Of a stretch of DNA of 64,000 nt, positions 30,054 through 39,941 are shown piece by piece. A model generated the notes under the pieces. It had not been told where the DNA came from. It searched no databases and saw only the letters and a list, made by a program, of their open reading frames with translations. The translations under genes were made by a program, and so were the position numbers. Source of the stretch: Opitutaceae bacterium. Lineage in GTDB: Bacteria > Verrucomicrobiota > Verrucomicrobiia > Opitutales > Coraliomargaritaceae. Each line of letters opens with the position of its first letter. The first letter of the stretch is position 1. The stretch is from the NCBI GenBank assembly GCA_051252375.1, contig JBPOFY010000002.1, forward strand, positions 288,001 through 352,000, written 5' to 3'.

Positions 30054-31427
30054 TTAGTAGGCGAGTTTGCCGCCCTTTTTAGGTCTGCCCGCGTGCTCTA
30101 GCCACCACTCGCTGGGGCCTTCGGCTTGGATGTCTTTCCATGTTGTGAACATCGTCTCTTTAAGCTCAGCCAATTTCTCAGGCATTTGCTTGGCGAGGTT
30201 GTTCGATTCGGTCGGATCTTTTTCGACATTGAACAGCTGGAACACGTCCATGGTGTCGTTGCTCACGAGCTTCCAATCGCCGACGCGAACTGCGACACGG
30301 CTACTTGGAGTGGAGACGTGAGTGCGCCAGAAAAGAGGCACTTTGCGCTCGACCGGATTGCCAGCAAAAGCGGGCACCATACTGGCTCCATCAATCGTGC
30401 GATCAGTTGGCACTGGCACACCTGCAGCTTCGAGGACAGTGGTGAAGATATCCGAGCCGATGACTGGAACATTGCTCACAGTGCCTGGCTCGATCTTCCC
30501 GGGCCAGCGCACGATGCCTGGCACGCGAATGCCACCTTCGAGATCGTCGCGCTTACGTCCGCTCAGGCCACCGGTCGAACCGCCCTTCACCCCTCCTTGA
30601 CCTTCAGGTCCGTTATCAGATGTGAAGATCAATAGAGTGTTGTCCGCGAGACCTTGCGCTTCGAGCGCGTCCATCACTTGACCAAGCGCATAATCTAGCT
30701 GCGTGATATTACCGAGATACTTTGCGTTACGATGATCGTCGTAATGAGCCAAGAATGGCTCGTCTGTTGCGATCGGATGGTGCGGTTCATGCACCCAGAC
30801 AGAAAGCACAAACGGCTTGCTCGGATCACGGATATCTTCGAGCCAGTGGATCGCTTCCTTTGCTACAAACGGCGCGGAGAAGCCATTCACTTCGCCTACG
30901 GGCTCCCCGTTACGAATGAAGTTTTTCGGATTCTTATGACTCGGCTCGGCATTATTGTGCGTCGACATCCAATAGTCATAGCCATGATCACCTGGCTGAG
31001 GATACTCAGGATTGTTAAACTGCTGCCTGGAGTTGAGATGCCATTTGCCTACGTGACATGTTTCGTAGCCTGCCTCCTTTAACAACTTTGGATAAGTGAT
31101 TTCCGATGTCCGCAAATGTGCAGGTCCGTTCCCAGAAAGGTGAGCCCATACCCCGTTACGATATGGCGTGCGCCCGGTCAGAATCGCGGAGCGCGATGGC
31201 GAACAAACCCCACAAGCGGCATAAGCTTGGGTAAAACGCACCCCCTCCGAGGCAAGCTTATCGATATTCGGACTGACGATTAGATCACTACCGTAAACAG
31301 CGGAATCGCCCCACCCCATATCGTCGGCCAAAAAGACCACAATATTCGGACGTGTGTCCGCAGCATTTAAAAAACTGGCCGCCGACAATAGTAGCGAAGC
31401 CAAAAGAGGAAATCGAGAGAGTGACAT
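30054..31427 (-). CDS. Cys-type (S1) sulfatase
   Basis: LADDMGWGD, CSPSR, GKWH, FTSDNG, EGGIRVP. ATG at 31427; the ORF track starts at 31433. Confidence 0.94.
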   Translation of the reverse strand: MSLSRFPLLASLLLSAASFLNAADTRPNIVVFLADDMGWGDSAVYGSDLIVSPNIDKLASEGVRFTQAYAACGVCSPSRSAILTGRTPYRNGVWAHLSGNGPAHLRTSEITYPKLLKEAGYETCHVGKWHLNSRQQFNNPEYPQPGDHGYDYWMSTHNNAEPSHKNPKNFIRNGEPVGEVNGFSAPFVAKEAIHWLEDIRDPSKPFVLSVWVHEPHHPIATDEPFLAHYDDHRNAKYLGNITQLDYALGQVMDALEAQGLADNTLLIFTSDNGPEGQGGVKGGSTGGLSGRKRDDLEGGIRVPGIVRWPGKIEPGTVSNVPVIGSDIFTTVLEAAGVPVPTDRTIDGASMVPAFAGNPVERKVPLFWRTHVSTPSSRVAVRVGDWKLVSNDTMDVFQLFNVEKDPTESNNLAKQMPEKLAELKETMFTTWKDIQAEGPSEWWLEHAGRPKKGGKLAY

Positions 31428-31553
31428 AAGCAATGTGTGTGCGGGTGATGGAGCGGCGATGAGTCAGCGCTTCCTAATCGTTATAGTAACCCACCTGGAC
31501 TCCATCGCATATCCCATAATCACGTGATGATACGCCTTGAGCGCTCGAACCGC

Positions 31554-32207
31554 TTAATCAAACAGACCGAGCCTAAATGCTTTTGAAACAGCAGAAGGCG
31601 CATTACGCACATTGAGCTTCTCATAAATATGCCGCACGTGAGTATCGACTGTGGAATAACCTATACCGAGCTGATCGCAGATTTCTTTTTTCACAAGACC
31701 ATCACTGAGTAGCACCAAGACTTCTAATTCCCGCTCACTCAGGGCGGCAGCAATTTCCTCCTGCGGAAGCTTGGTCTTTAATGTATTCAAGACAAATTTC
31801 GCAACGGTGCGGTCTAGGCTGGCACCGCCTGCGGCCACCAAACGTATGCCATCTTTGATTTCATTGATAGTGGAAGACTTGAGCAAATAACCCGCGGCAC
31901 CAAGCGAGATCGCCTTGAGGACGTCCGCTTCCTTATCAGACTGCGTCAGGATGATCACCTTCGCATTGGGAATCGACTCGATAAAATAAGGAAGCGCTTC
32001 CAAACCGCCCATTCCGGGCAAACGAAGATCCAGCAAGACCACATCCGGCAGCTTCGGCTGATTGCCCTGCACACTACGCAGCGCGATCTCGGCGGTGACG
32101 AACTCACTCATCAACTCGAGGTCCTGATCCCTAGACAAGGCCAAATCAATTACATCGCGATATTCACGATTATCTTCGACCAACATTACTTTTATAGGTT
32201 CTTCCAT
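31554..32207 (-). CDS. NarL/LuxR-family response regulator
   Basis: REC domain (LVED, LLDLRLP, GYLLK) and LSERELEVL...TVDTHVRHIYEKL HTH. Confidence 0.95.
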   Translation of the reverse strand: MEEPIKVMLVEDNREYRDVIDLALSRDQDLELMSEFVTAEIALRSVQGNQPKLPDVVLLDLRLPGMGGLEALPYFIESIPNAKVIILTQSDKEADVLKAISLGAAGYLLKSSTINEIKDGIRLVAAGGASLDRTVAKFVLNTLKTKLPQEEIAAALSERELEVLVLLSDGLVKKEICDQLGIGYSTVDTHVRHIYEKLNVRNAPSAVSKAFRLGLFD

Positions 32208-34234
32208 TAGAAAAATTTTATCTTCCTCCTTTTTATAATTAGCCGAATACGGGTGCCATGACCAGTCTCGGGTTTATCCACGTAGAACTCAGCTCTAAGC
32301 AATCGAGCGCGACGTGTCAAAGCCTTCGGCACAATCTCATCCATACCATCCCCATTATCAGTTACGGTCAAATGTATGTAGTTTGCATCCGCCGTGAGTT
32401 TGATCTCTACCGTGGTGGCTGCTGAGTGGCGAATAATGTTCGTGATCGTTTCCTTGAAAAACAAATACAGGTCCAAACGTGTGCGGCGGCGGATTTTCTT
32501 TAGAACCGCCTCCCCTTCTACCGTGAAGGTATGTTCCAGATCTCCCAGCAAATGCGACATCTCTTGCCGCATCTCGGTGACAAGATCATCGCAAAAACCA
32601 GCTGCCTCCAGCAAGTTGGAGCAATTACTGGCGGCCTTCCCTGTGCGCACGGTCAATGCACGGATACGATTCACGGTATCGATCAGGTCTTCTTTCGAGT
32701 CGACGGCATCTTTCGCGAGATCGCCCAATAAACCAATCGCATGGAGATTCGCACCAAGCTCGTCGTGTAGATTAGCCGCAATACGTTCTCGAATCAGCAC
32801 CTCCTGCCGCTCACGCTCTCGACGGAAGTAAAAAATCGTAATCGCAATCACTACGATGAGTAACAGCGCGAACCAGACCAGTAGGCGTAGATTCATCCTC
32901 TGTTGAGCGTAACGCAGCGAAAGCTCCGCTGCGATTAATGGACGTTCTTCCTCAAGGTCGCGCCGTAGAGCCAACTGATCCATCCATTCACGAATCGGGA
33001 TTAACTCACCATACAGATTGTGTCCGTCTGTGAGTTCCGCTCTGGAGCTTGGGGCGGATGATAAGCGGAAGTCGGTCGAGACTGTTTTCCCGAATGCCAC
33101 ATTATGGGCCCCATCCAAGAGCTCGATCTCGGCAAATCCAATACGCGTGCCAGACTGTTTCTCCGATTTATGAAAATACGGTCGCAAAGCCACGAAACGA
33201 AAATACCGGAAACGCGTCTCAGGAAACGACCACTCCATAATCGGACCTTTCTGATACACCCCATCGAAAAATACCTCGAGCAAACTGATCGCATCCGAAA
33301 AATCAGGCTCATTCGCTCCTTCGATGACGAAATGCTCAGGAATACCGAAGTCCCCAGGATAAGATTGTGGAACCGTATCACCCTGATCGACAGTGTGTAG
33401 TCTTAAGCGATTCACGGTTTGCACTTCACCTAAATCGATCTCGATGGTCGCCTGATCGCCAATCCCCACTCGACTCATCATCGGCAGACTACGCTTTCCT
33501 TTAGACGAGTTCATTGCGTATGGCAAAATCCCATCAACCAACCAAGGCGGCTTCCAAGCATTTGCGGTGAAGATATTACGTGAGGTAGTGACTAGCTTGC
33601 GAAGTGCTTGATTCGTGCCGCCCTCAAAAACCATTATCTCGGCAAGTTGTAAGACGTATTTTCCATCGCGCAGGCGCTGCCCCAACTCAACTGCCTCCAA
33701 ACGAATCCAAGACGCCTCGATCGGATCCACGGGAAATATTTGTGGCGCGATACTTATTGGAGGCGAATCACCATAATCAATCTCGGCGATCACTTGCCCC
33801 TCAGTATCTCCATCCACCCCAGCCACTAGTCTGAATACCAAAGGAAACGCATCGGCCACGTAGCCCTTGCTCATGTCACGAAAGACAGTGGGCACCAAAA
33901 CAACCTGATCCACGCGATACACACCTCCCAAATCCACCTGCACCCATTCTGGGTGGTGAGGCTCAGTAAACGGCATAGATCGATAACCAATCGCCGCCAC
34001 ACCGTTGTTCAGGCTAAAATGCGCCAATGGCTCCAGTTCCTCTTCGATTTCAACGATCCGCTCCTCTAGCTTAGAAAGTGACATCCGCTGAATCGCTGCA
34101 ATATCCGCAGCACCCAAGAAGGAACCCACAAATGTAGAACCGACAGCAAACAGCAAAGCGATGATTTTAAAAGTGCTCAAAACAAACCACGAAAACTGAC
34201 AGCATGTTCGCCGTCCGTCTAGTAAGGAATGCAT
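32207..34234 (-). CDS. HisKA_3-type sensor histidine kinase with periplasmic discoidin (F5/8 type C)-like domains
   Basis: EWVQVDLG and IEIDLGE discoidin-like motifs, one TM helix, ERIAANLHDELG, ETITNIIRHS, VTDNGDG. Start codon uncertain. Confidence 0.88.
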   Translation of the reverse strand: MHSLLDGRRTCCQFSWFVLSTFKIIALLFAVGSTFVGSFLGAADIAAIQRMSLSKLEERIVEIEEELEPLAHFSLNNGVAAIGYRSMPFTEPHHPEWVQVDLGGVYRVDQVVLVPTVFRDMSKGYVADAFPLVFRLVAGVDGDTEGQVIAEIDYGDSPPISIAPQIFPVDPIEASWIRLEAVELGQRLRDGKYVLQLAEIMVFEGGTNQALRKLVTTSRNIFTANAWKPPWLVDGILPYAMNSSKGKRSLPMMSRVGIGDQATIEIDLGEVQTVNRLRLHTVDQGDTVPQSYPGDFGIPEHFVIEGANEPDFSDAISLLEVFFDGVYQKGPIMEWSFPETRFRYFRFVALRPYFHKSEKQSGTRIGFAEIELLDGAHNVAFGKTVSTDFRLSSAPSSRAELTDGHNLYGELIPIREWMDQLALRRDLEEERPLIAAELSLRYAQQRMNLRLLVWFALLLIVVIAITIFYFRRERERQEVLIRERIAANLHDELGANLHAIGLLGDLAKDAVDSKEDLIDTVNRIRALTVRTGKAASNCSNLLEAAGFCDDLVTEMRQEMSHLLGDLEHTFTVEGEAVLKKIRRRTRLDLYLFFKETITNIIRHSAATTVEIKLTADANYIHLTVTDNGDGMDEIVPKALTRRARLLRAEFYVDKPETGHGTRIRLIIKRRKIKFF

Positions 34235-34270
34235 CGACTCCCAAACTCGGCCGATTTCCGATTAATACAA

Positions 34271-34346
34271 GGTAGGGACGCCTGCCCCCAGGCGTCCTTT
34301 GCGGATGGAAGGATCGGCGGACGTCTGAGGGCAGACGGTCCCTACC
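34271..34346. repeat. GTAG-type REP inverted doublet
   Basis: GGTAGGGACGCCTGCCCCCAGGCGTCC ... GGACGTCTGAGGGCAGACGGTCCCTACC. Confidence 0.75.
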
Positions 34347-34459
34347 AAAAATCTCCGCGTCCTCTGCGTCCTCTAGCGAAGCGAGCGGTTGATTTCACAT
34401 TTTCTGATTCGCAACACTTCGAGTCTCTTGTATCGTCAGACAAATTATCCACCCCACAT

Positions 34460-35362
34460 ATGAATCACTTCCTCCGCATATTCGTAATGCTCCTCAGCAT
34501 GACACTCGCCGCTACCTCATTAAACGCCACCCCCACGCAAGCACCGATCAAAGTCCTGATCGTCGACGGCTTCAGCAACCACGACTGGGAAGCCACCACG
34601 CAAGAGATTCAAAAACTACTCAAGAACGACTCCAATCTAACCAGCGAAGTCTCCACCGTCCCCACTCAAGAAACTGAAGATTGGGCGAACTGGCTGCCGA
34701 ACTTTAGCGATTACGATGTCATCATCCAAAACACGACCGACATCAACGTCGGCGGTTCATGGCCACGCCCCGCACAAATCGCCCTGGAAAGCTACATGGC
34801 AAACGGCGGCGGTCTCTACATCTTTCACTCAGCCAACAATGCCTTCCCTGAATGGGAAGCATACAACCGCATGATCGGTCTCGGCTGGCGCAAGAAAGAC
34901 TTCGGTCCCGCGATTCAAATCATCGACGATCAAACAGTCCTTATCCCCGCCGGAGAAGGCGGCAACACCGGTCATGGCAAACGCTTCGATGCCCTGATCA
35001 CTCGCATCCACGACCATCCGATCCATCAAGGCCTGCCTAAGCAATGGCTCGCCGCCGACCTCGAAGTCTACCGCTACGCCCGTGGCCCCGCCGAAAATCT
35101 CACCGTGATCAGCTACGCCATGGACCCCTCGACGGAAATCAACTTCCCCATCGAATGGGTCATTCAATATGGCAAAGGCCGCGCATATAACTCCACCTTT
35201 GGTCACCATTGGCACGATGTGAAAGAAACACCCAACGCCTTCCGCTGCGTCGCCTTTCAAACCATATTCAATCGTGCAATTTACTGGCTCGCTGATCGCG
35301 AAATCAATCCAGCGGTCCCCGCCAATTTCCCAACAAGCGAGCACATTTCGATCACCCCATAA
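34460..35362 (+). CDS. ThuA-like (class I glutamine amidotransferase-like) secreted protein
   Basis: Signal peptide from MNHF (ATG 34460), KVLIVDG..NHDW, GGGLYIFHSANNAF, HPIHQGLP, YGKGRAYNSTFGH. Confidence 0.85.
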   Translation: MNHFLRIFVMLLSMTLAATSLNATPTQAPIKVLIVDGFSNHDWEATTQEIQKLLKNDSNLTSEVSTVPTQETEDWANWLPNFSDYDVIIQNTTDINVGGSWPRPAQIALESYMANGGGLYIFHSANNAFPEWEAYNRMIGLGWRKKDFGPAIQIIDDQTVLIPAGEGGNTGHGKRFDALITRIHDHPIHQGLPKQWLAADLEVYRYARGPAENLTVISYAMDPSTEINFPIEWVIQYGKGRAYNSTFGHHWHDVKETPNAFRCVAFQTIFNRAIYWLADREINPAVPANFPTSEHISITP

Positions 35363-35507
35363 GCCTGCCTATATCGCGGCAGCTAGCTAAGGACACACTG
35401 AATTCGAACCACCCACTTCCGCTGGAGCCACGGAGCCACGGAGGTAAAAATCCCCTTTCTGTTAGATCCATTAACCTAGATTCGGCAGTTGGCATGGGCT
35501 CTGATTC

Positions 35508-35693
35508 TTAAACCGTTAATGGACGTTAATTAACGTGACGGAGCAACGCGGAGATGGCGTAGCAATCCGACCCACTGCCAAAATGGCGAATGAGCTAACT
35601 CTCGACTCTTAGTTAGAGACATTAGTTAAGTATTTAAACAGTATACACTTAGGGTCTATGATTAACGTGCATTAACGTTTATTAACGGTTCAA
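35508..35693. repeat. Inverted arrays of ~10-bp units (MITE-like remnant)
   Basis: TTAAACCGTTAATGGACGTTAATTAACGT (35508) and ATTAACGTGCATTAACGTTTATTAACGGTTCAA (35661-35693) are imperfect reverse complements. Confidence 0.65.
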
Positions 35694-35875
35694 CTTACCT
35701 TTTTAGGATTAAAAATAGCGAAGAACCAACAGGCACATAAAAATGCACTTCTCGTGCACTTTTGCTTTCCCTCAAAAGCAAGTTCTATACGGTCGCCTGC
35801 TTTCATCGAATCGCCTACCCGCGAGCCGTAGATATCCTTTTTCATCCCTTTATCTCATTTCCAAAATCCATCTCC

Positions 35876-38152
35876 ATGCAGATCCCATTTATTGAACAAA
35901 TTGCCGAAGAACTGAGCCTCAGTGCCCACCAAGTCACCGCCACTGCGGCACTCATCGCCGAAGGCGGCACCGTGCCCTTCATCGCCCGCTACCGTAAAGA
36001 GCAAACCGGCGAACTCGACGAAGTTCAAATCACCAACATTCGCGACCGCCTCCAGCAACTCGCCGACCTCGCCTCCCGCCGCGAATCCATCAAAAGCTCC
36101 CTCAAAGAGCGCAACCTCCTCACCGACGAGCTCGAGGCAAAAATCGAAGGCGCACAGACGCTCTCCAAGCTGGAAGACATCTACCTGCCGTTCCGTCCAA
36201 AGCGCCGGACCAAGGCGATGATCGCCCGCGAGCGCGGCCTCGAACCGCTCGCCACACATATTTTCGAAAACCAAGACGCCACCGACACAGCCGAACAAGC
36301 CCTCACCTACGTCGATGCCGAAAAGGAAGTCCCCGACGCCAATGCCGCACTCGAAGGCGCACGCCATATCATCGCCGAGTGGATCAGCGACGATGCCGAT
36401 ATCCGCGAAACCCTGCGCAAGCTCTTCTGGGAACAAGGCACCCTCATCTCCGAAGCATTCCCCGGCAAAGAAACCGAGGGCGCCAAATACAGCGACTACT
36501 TCGACTGGAAAGAGCCGATTAAAAACGCGCCATCGCACCGCATTCTCGCCATTCGACGCGGCGAAAAAGAAGGCTTCCTCTTCCACCGCATTTTGCCCGA
36601 AGAAGAATCCGCCATCGCCTTGATTGAAAAGCAATTCGTCAACGGTCGCGGCCCCGCAGCCGACGAAGTCAAAAAGGCGATCGCCGATTGCAACAAGCGC
36701 CTCCTCTCCCCCTCCATGGAAACCGACGTGCGCTTAAAGGCGAAGAAGAAGGCCGACGCTGCCGCCATTCAAGTCTTTGCCGACAACGCCCGCGAGCTCC
36801 TGCTTGCGTCCCCGCTCGGACAAAAGCGCACCATGGCAGTCGACCCCGGTTTCCGCACAGGCTGTAAAACCGTCATCCTCGATGCCCAAGGCAAGCTACT
36901 CTTCAACCATGTCCTCTTCTGCACCGGCGGCGCCGGTCAAGTCGAGCGCGCGACTGTGGAAGCCAAGGCACTGATCGAACGTTACGACATCGAAGCCATC
37001 GCCATCGGCAACGGCACCGCAGGTCGCGAAACAGAAGCCTTCTTCCGCGGTCTTAAACTGTCCGCTAAAATCCTCATTATCTCGGTCAACGAATCCGGCG
37101 CATCGATTTACTCAGCCTCCGAAGCCGCCCGCGAAGAATTCCCCAACGAAGACCTCACCGTTCGCGGTGCCGTCTCCATCGGTCGCCGCCTCATGGACCC
37201 ACTCGCCGAGCTCGTCAAACTCGACCCCAAGTCCATCGGTGTCGGGCAATATCAGCACGACGTCGATCAATACGCACTCAAACGCACTCTAGACGACACC
37301 GTCATTTCCAGCGTGAATAAAGTCGGCGTCGAGGTGAACACCGCGAGCAAGCAACTCCTCTCCTACGTCGCCGGGCTCAACGAGTCCATCGCCACCAACA
37401 TCGTTGCTCACCGTCAAGAAAACGGTCCCTTTAAATCACGCAAAGAACTGACCAAAGTCAGCCGCCTCGGACCGAAAGCCTTCGAACAATGCGCCGGTTT
37501 CCTCCGCATCCGCGATGCCCAGCACCCACTCGATCAAAGTGGTGTCCACCCCGAGCGCTATGCCCTCGTCGAGCAAATGGCTGCCGCCGTCGGTTGCCAA
37601 GTTGAAGACCTCACCAAAGACAGCGCAGCCCGCGCGAAGATCGACTTAAAAGCCTACGTCTCCGACGAAGTCGGTTTGCCTACACTGCGCGACATCATGG
37701 AAGAGCTGGCCAAACCAGGCCGCGACCCGCGTAAAAAGTTCGAAGCCTTTGCCTTCGCCGAAGGGATCGACAAACCCACCGACCTCACCCTCGGCATGAA
37801 GCTTCAGGGAATCGTGACCAACGTCACCGCCTTCGGCGCCTTCGTCGATGTCGGCGTGCACCAAGATGGCCTCGTCCACATCAGTCAACTCGCCGACAGC
37901 TTTGTCGACGATCCCAACAAGATCGTAAAAGTCGGCGACACCGTAAAAGTCACCGTCACCGAAATCGACTTACAGCGCAACCGCATCGCCCTCTCCATGA
38001 AAGCCCAACCCGAAATCGGCGGCAAAAAAGAGCGCACCGGCGCACCGAAAAGCCGCAGCAACGGTCCACGTCAAAATGGCAACGGCGGCAACAACCGCGG
38101 CTCAAACAACGACTTCGGCAGCAACTGGTTCGACGCAGCGCTGAAAAAGTAA
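35876..38152 (+). CDS. tex: Tex family RNA-binding transcriptional accessory protein (S1 domain)
   Basis: TVPFIARYRKE, EDIYLPFRPKRRT, DPGFRTGCK, IGVGQYQHDV and S1 motif FGAFVDVGVHQDGLVHIS. ATG at 35876. Confidence 0.95.
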   Translation: MQIPFIEQIAEELSLSAHQVTATAALIAEGGTVPFIARYRKEQTGELDEVQITNIRDRLQQLADLASRRESIKSSLKERNLLTDELEAKIEGAQTLSKLEDIYLPFRPKRRTKAMIARERGLEPLATHIFENQDATDTAEQALTYVDAEKEVPDANAALEGARHIIAEWISDDADIRETLRKLFWEQGTLISEAFPGKETEGAKYSDYFDWKEPIKNAPSHRILAIRRGEKEGFLFHRILPEEESAIALIEKQFVNGRGPAADEVKKAIADCNKRLLSPSMETDVRLKAKKKADAAAIQVFADNARELLLASPLGQKRTMAVDPGFRTGCKTVILDAQGKLLFNHVLFCTGGAGQVERATVEAKALIERYDIEAIAIGNGTAGRETEAFFRGLKLSAKILIISVNESGASIYSASEAAREEFPNEDLTVRGAVSIGRRLMDPLAELVKLDPKSIGVGQYQHDVDQYALKRTLDDTVISSVNKVGVEVNTASKQLLSYVAGLNESIATNIVAHRQENGPFKSRKELTKVSRLGPKAFEQCAGFLRIRDAQHPLDQSGVHPERYALVEQMAAAVGCQVEDLTKDSAARAKIDLKAYVSDEVGLPTLRDIMEELAKPGRDPRKKFEAFAFAEGIDKPTDLTLGMKLQGIVTNVTAFGAFVDVGVHQDGLVHISQLADSFVDDPNKIVKVGDTVKVTVTEIDLQRNRIALSMKAQPEIGGKKERTGAPKSRSNGPRQNGNGGNNRGSNNDFGSNWFDAALKK

Positions 38153-38510
38153 AAGGGTAAAAACCGATCCGTTCATACGTATCGTTTTAGCCACGGATGG
38201 ACACGGATAGACACTGATATGGATAACCACAAAGGTAGCGGCGGTCGCTGTGTCTCGGCGTAGCCATCGGCGAAGATGGATCCCTGACCGCCATACGTCA
38301 GAGTTAGGCCGTATCAGGTGAAAATGATATTTCATATAATGTAGCCACGTCACTCTGTGACGTGATCGTTAGCATAGACTTTATCGCTAAAACAAAACAC
38401 GGCAGAGACTGCCGTGGCTACACTAGGATACATACGAGTGAGCTGCTCCTCCGTGCCTCTGTGACTCTCCTGCCATGAGCTTGCCGTATGGGCATGAGCC
38501 ATTCATACGC
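38153..38510. repeat. REP/MITE mosaic block 1
   Basis: Contains CCACGGATGGACACGGAT units, a GGTAGCGGCGGTC..GACCGCC REP with a nested insert, and a TGTAGCCACG..CGTGGCTACA doublet. 38191-38422 is near-identical to 41959-42189. Confidence 0.85.
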
Positions 38511-38672
38511 ATGTATAGACTTTTCCTAAAAGCGTGACAAAATATCGCCCCTAGAGTTTAAAGGTAATGAACCGCTGCGCGACTCCCCCAACATGACCTA
38601 CGCCACCTCCATTATCTCACAAACCCAACCCGTGAAATGCGTTGCTCAAGGGCGCAGATAACACTGTTCGCT
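38497..38672 (+). mobile_element. attI-like module, copy 1 (core GTTCGCT at 38666-38672)
   Basis: Direct-repeat homolog of 42348-42524. Homology ends exactly at CGCAGATAACACTG, the G of the recombination core. Confidence 0.6.
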
Positions 38673-38728
38673 TCAAGATTTCACAATATACTGACGAAGC
38701 CCGCCCTGTATCCGGCCATACTTGAGCA

Positions 38729-39217
38729 ATGAAAAAGCAACAAAGCGCTAAGATCCACCCGTGGCTGATTTGGGGCCGAGTTTCCATCTTGGCTTTGACT
38801 GGGCTCGTAGCGCTCATTTGGATTTCGAGCTATTTCGTTGGAATCCAGCGATATCAATCCACTTGGTCATCAGTCAATGAAGCAACGTCGGAGCGAGCCA
38901 GTTGGCTCATTTCAAATCATGGATCCATTGGTATCGCGTGGCGCTCGCAGGATGGTGTATTAGGGTCTCCACCGCCGGCTTCAGAATTTGAGTTGAAGAC
39001 CTTCAAGAGTTCCACTTCGGCATGGAACAATGTTCATCCAGAAGGATTTTTCTCGTGGCATTGGATTCACTATCAGCAAACAAAATTGAAACCAATGGGG
39101 TTGATGCGCACGGAATATGGGCATCTCTTTACTCCATATTGGATGCCATTCTTTGTAGGTGCATTTTTGGTGTTCTCGATCACTGTTTGCATCAACCGGC
39201 GAGCGACGATAGCCTAG
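38729..39217 (+). CDS. Hypothetical membrane protein (probable gene cassette)
   Basis: 162-aa ORF with N- and C-terminal TM helices, directly after the attI-like core. Confidence 0.65.
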   Translation: MKKQQSAKIHPWLIWGRVSILALTGLVALIWISSYFVGIQRYQSTWSSVNEATSERASWLISNHGSIGIAWRSQDGVLGSPPPASEFELKTFKSSTSAWNNVHPEGFFSWHWIHYQQTKLKPMGLMRTEYGHLFTPYWMPFFVGAFLVFSITVCINRRATIA

Positions 39218-39238
39218 AAATACAATGAAAGCAAAAAG

Positions 39239-39830
39239 GGTAGCGGCGCTTGTCCCTAAGCGCCATCCGTCAGAGTCAGCCCGTCTCATGATGTTGGGTG
39301 TGATGTAGCCACGTCACTCTGTGACGTGATCTTGTCGAAGGTGTGACGTGATCGTCAGCATAGTCCATGTCAGCTAAAACAAAACACGGCAAGAGACTGC
39401 CGTGGCTACATCAGCAAGTTAGGCCGTATCCAGTGGCGCTTAGGGACAAGCGCCGCAGCTCAAACAACGACTTCGGCAGCAACTGGTTCGATGCCGCGCT
39501 GAAAAAGTAAATGGGTAAAAACCGATCCGTTCATACGTATGGTTAGCCACGGATAAACGCGGATGCACAGAGAACTCAAAAGGTAGCGGCGGTCGTCCCT
39601 GACCGCCATACGTCAGAGTTAAGCCGTATCCAGTGGCGCTTAGGGACAAGCGCCGCTACCACAACAAAACAGCTCCTGAGAAATTATTTTGCCATCAATT
39701 ATTTTGCCTTAATTACGAATGAGCTGCTGCTCCGCCTCCTCCCTGCCTCTGCGCCTCTCCTGCCATGAGCACGTCGAATGGGTGTGAGCCATTCATACGG
39801 ATAGTTTGGGCACGGATGGACACGGATACT
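39239..39830. repeat. REP/MITE mosaic block 2
   Basis: GGTAGCGGCGCTTGTCCCTAAGCGCC, a TGTAGCCACG doublet, an uninterrupted REP doublet at 39582-39660, and AATTATTTTGCC x2. Confidence 0.85.
39453..39554 (+). repeat. Duplicate of the tex 3' end and downstream flank
   Basis: Direct repeat of 38095-38198, including the codons for SNNDFGSNWFDAALKK and the stop. Confidence 0.9.
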
Positions 39831-39941
39831 CATCGCCACGAAATGCAATGCGACACGGTTGAGCTTACAGTCTCGCGTCGACTCAGTTTGACGCTATAGA
39901 TCGGATATAAGTGCACAGAACTCCCCTAGCCTCTAATTAGC

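Noticed and set aside
34229..34459. N-terminal extension of the ThuA-like ORF in the ORF track
   Set aside because: It reads through REP repeats; the signal peptide begins at ATG 34460.
35855..36634. 259-aa minus-strand ORF (and 34829-35344)
   Set aside because: Antisense shadows caused by the biased codon usage of tex and the thuA-like gene.
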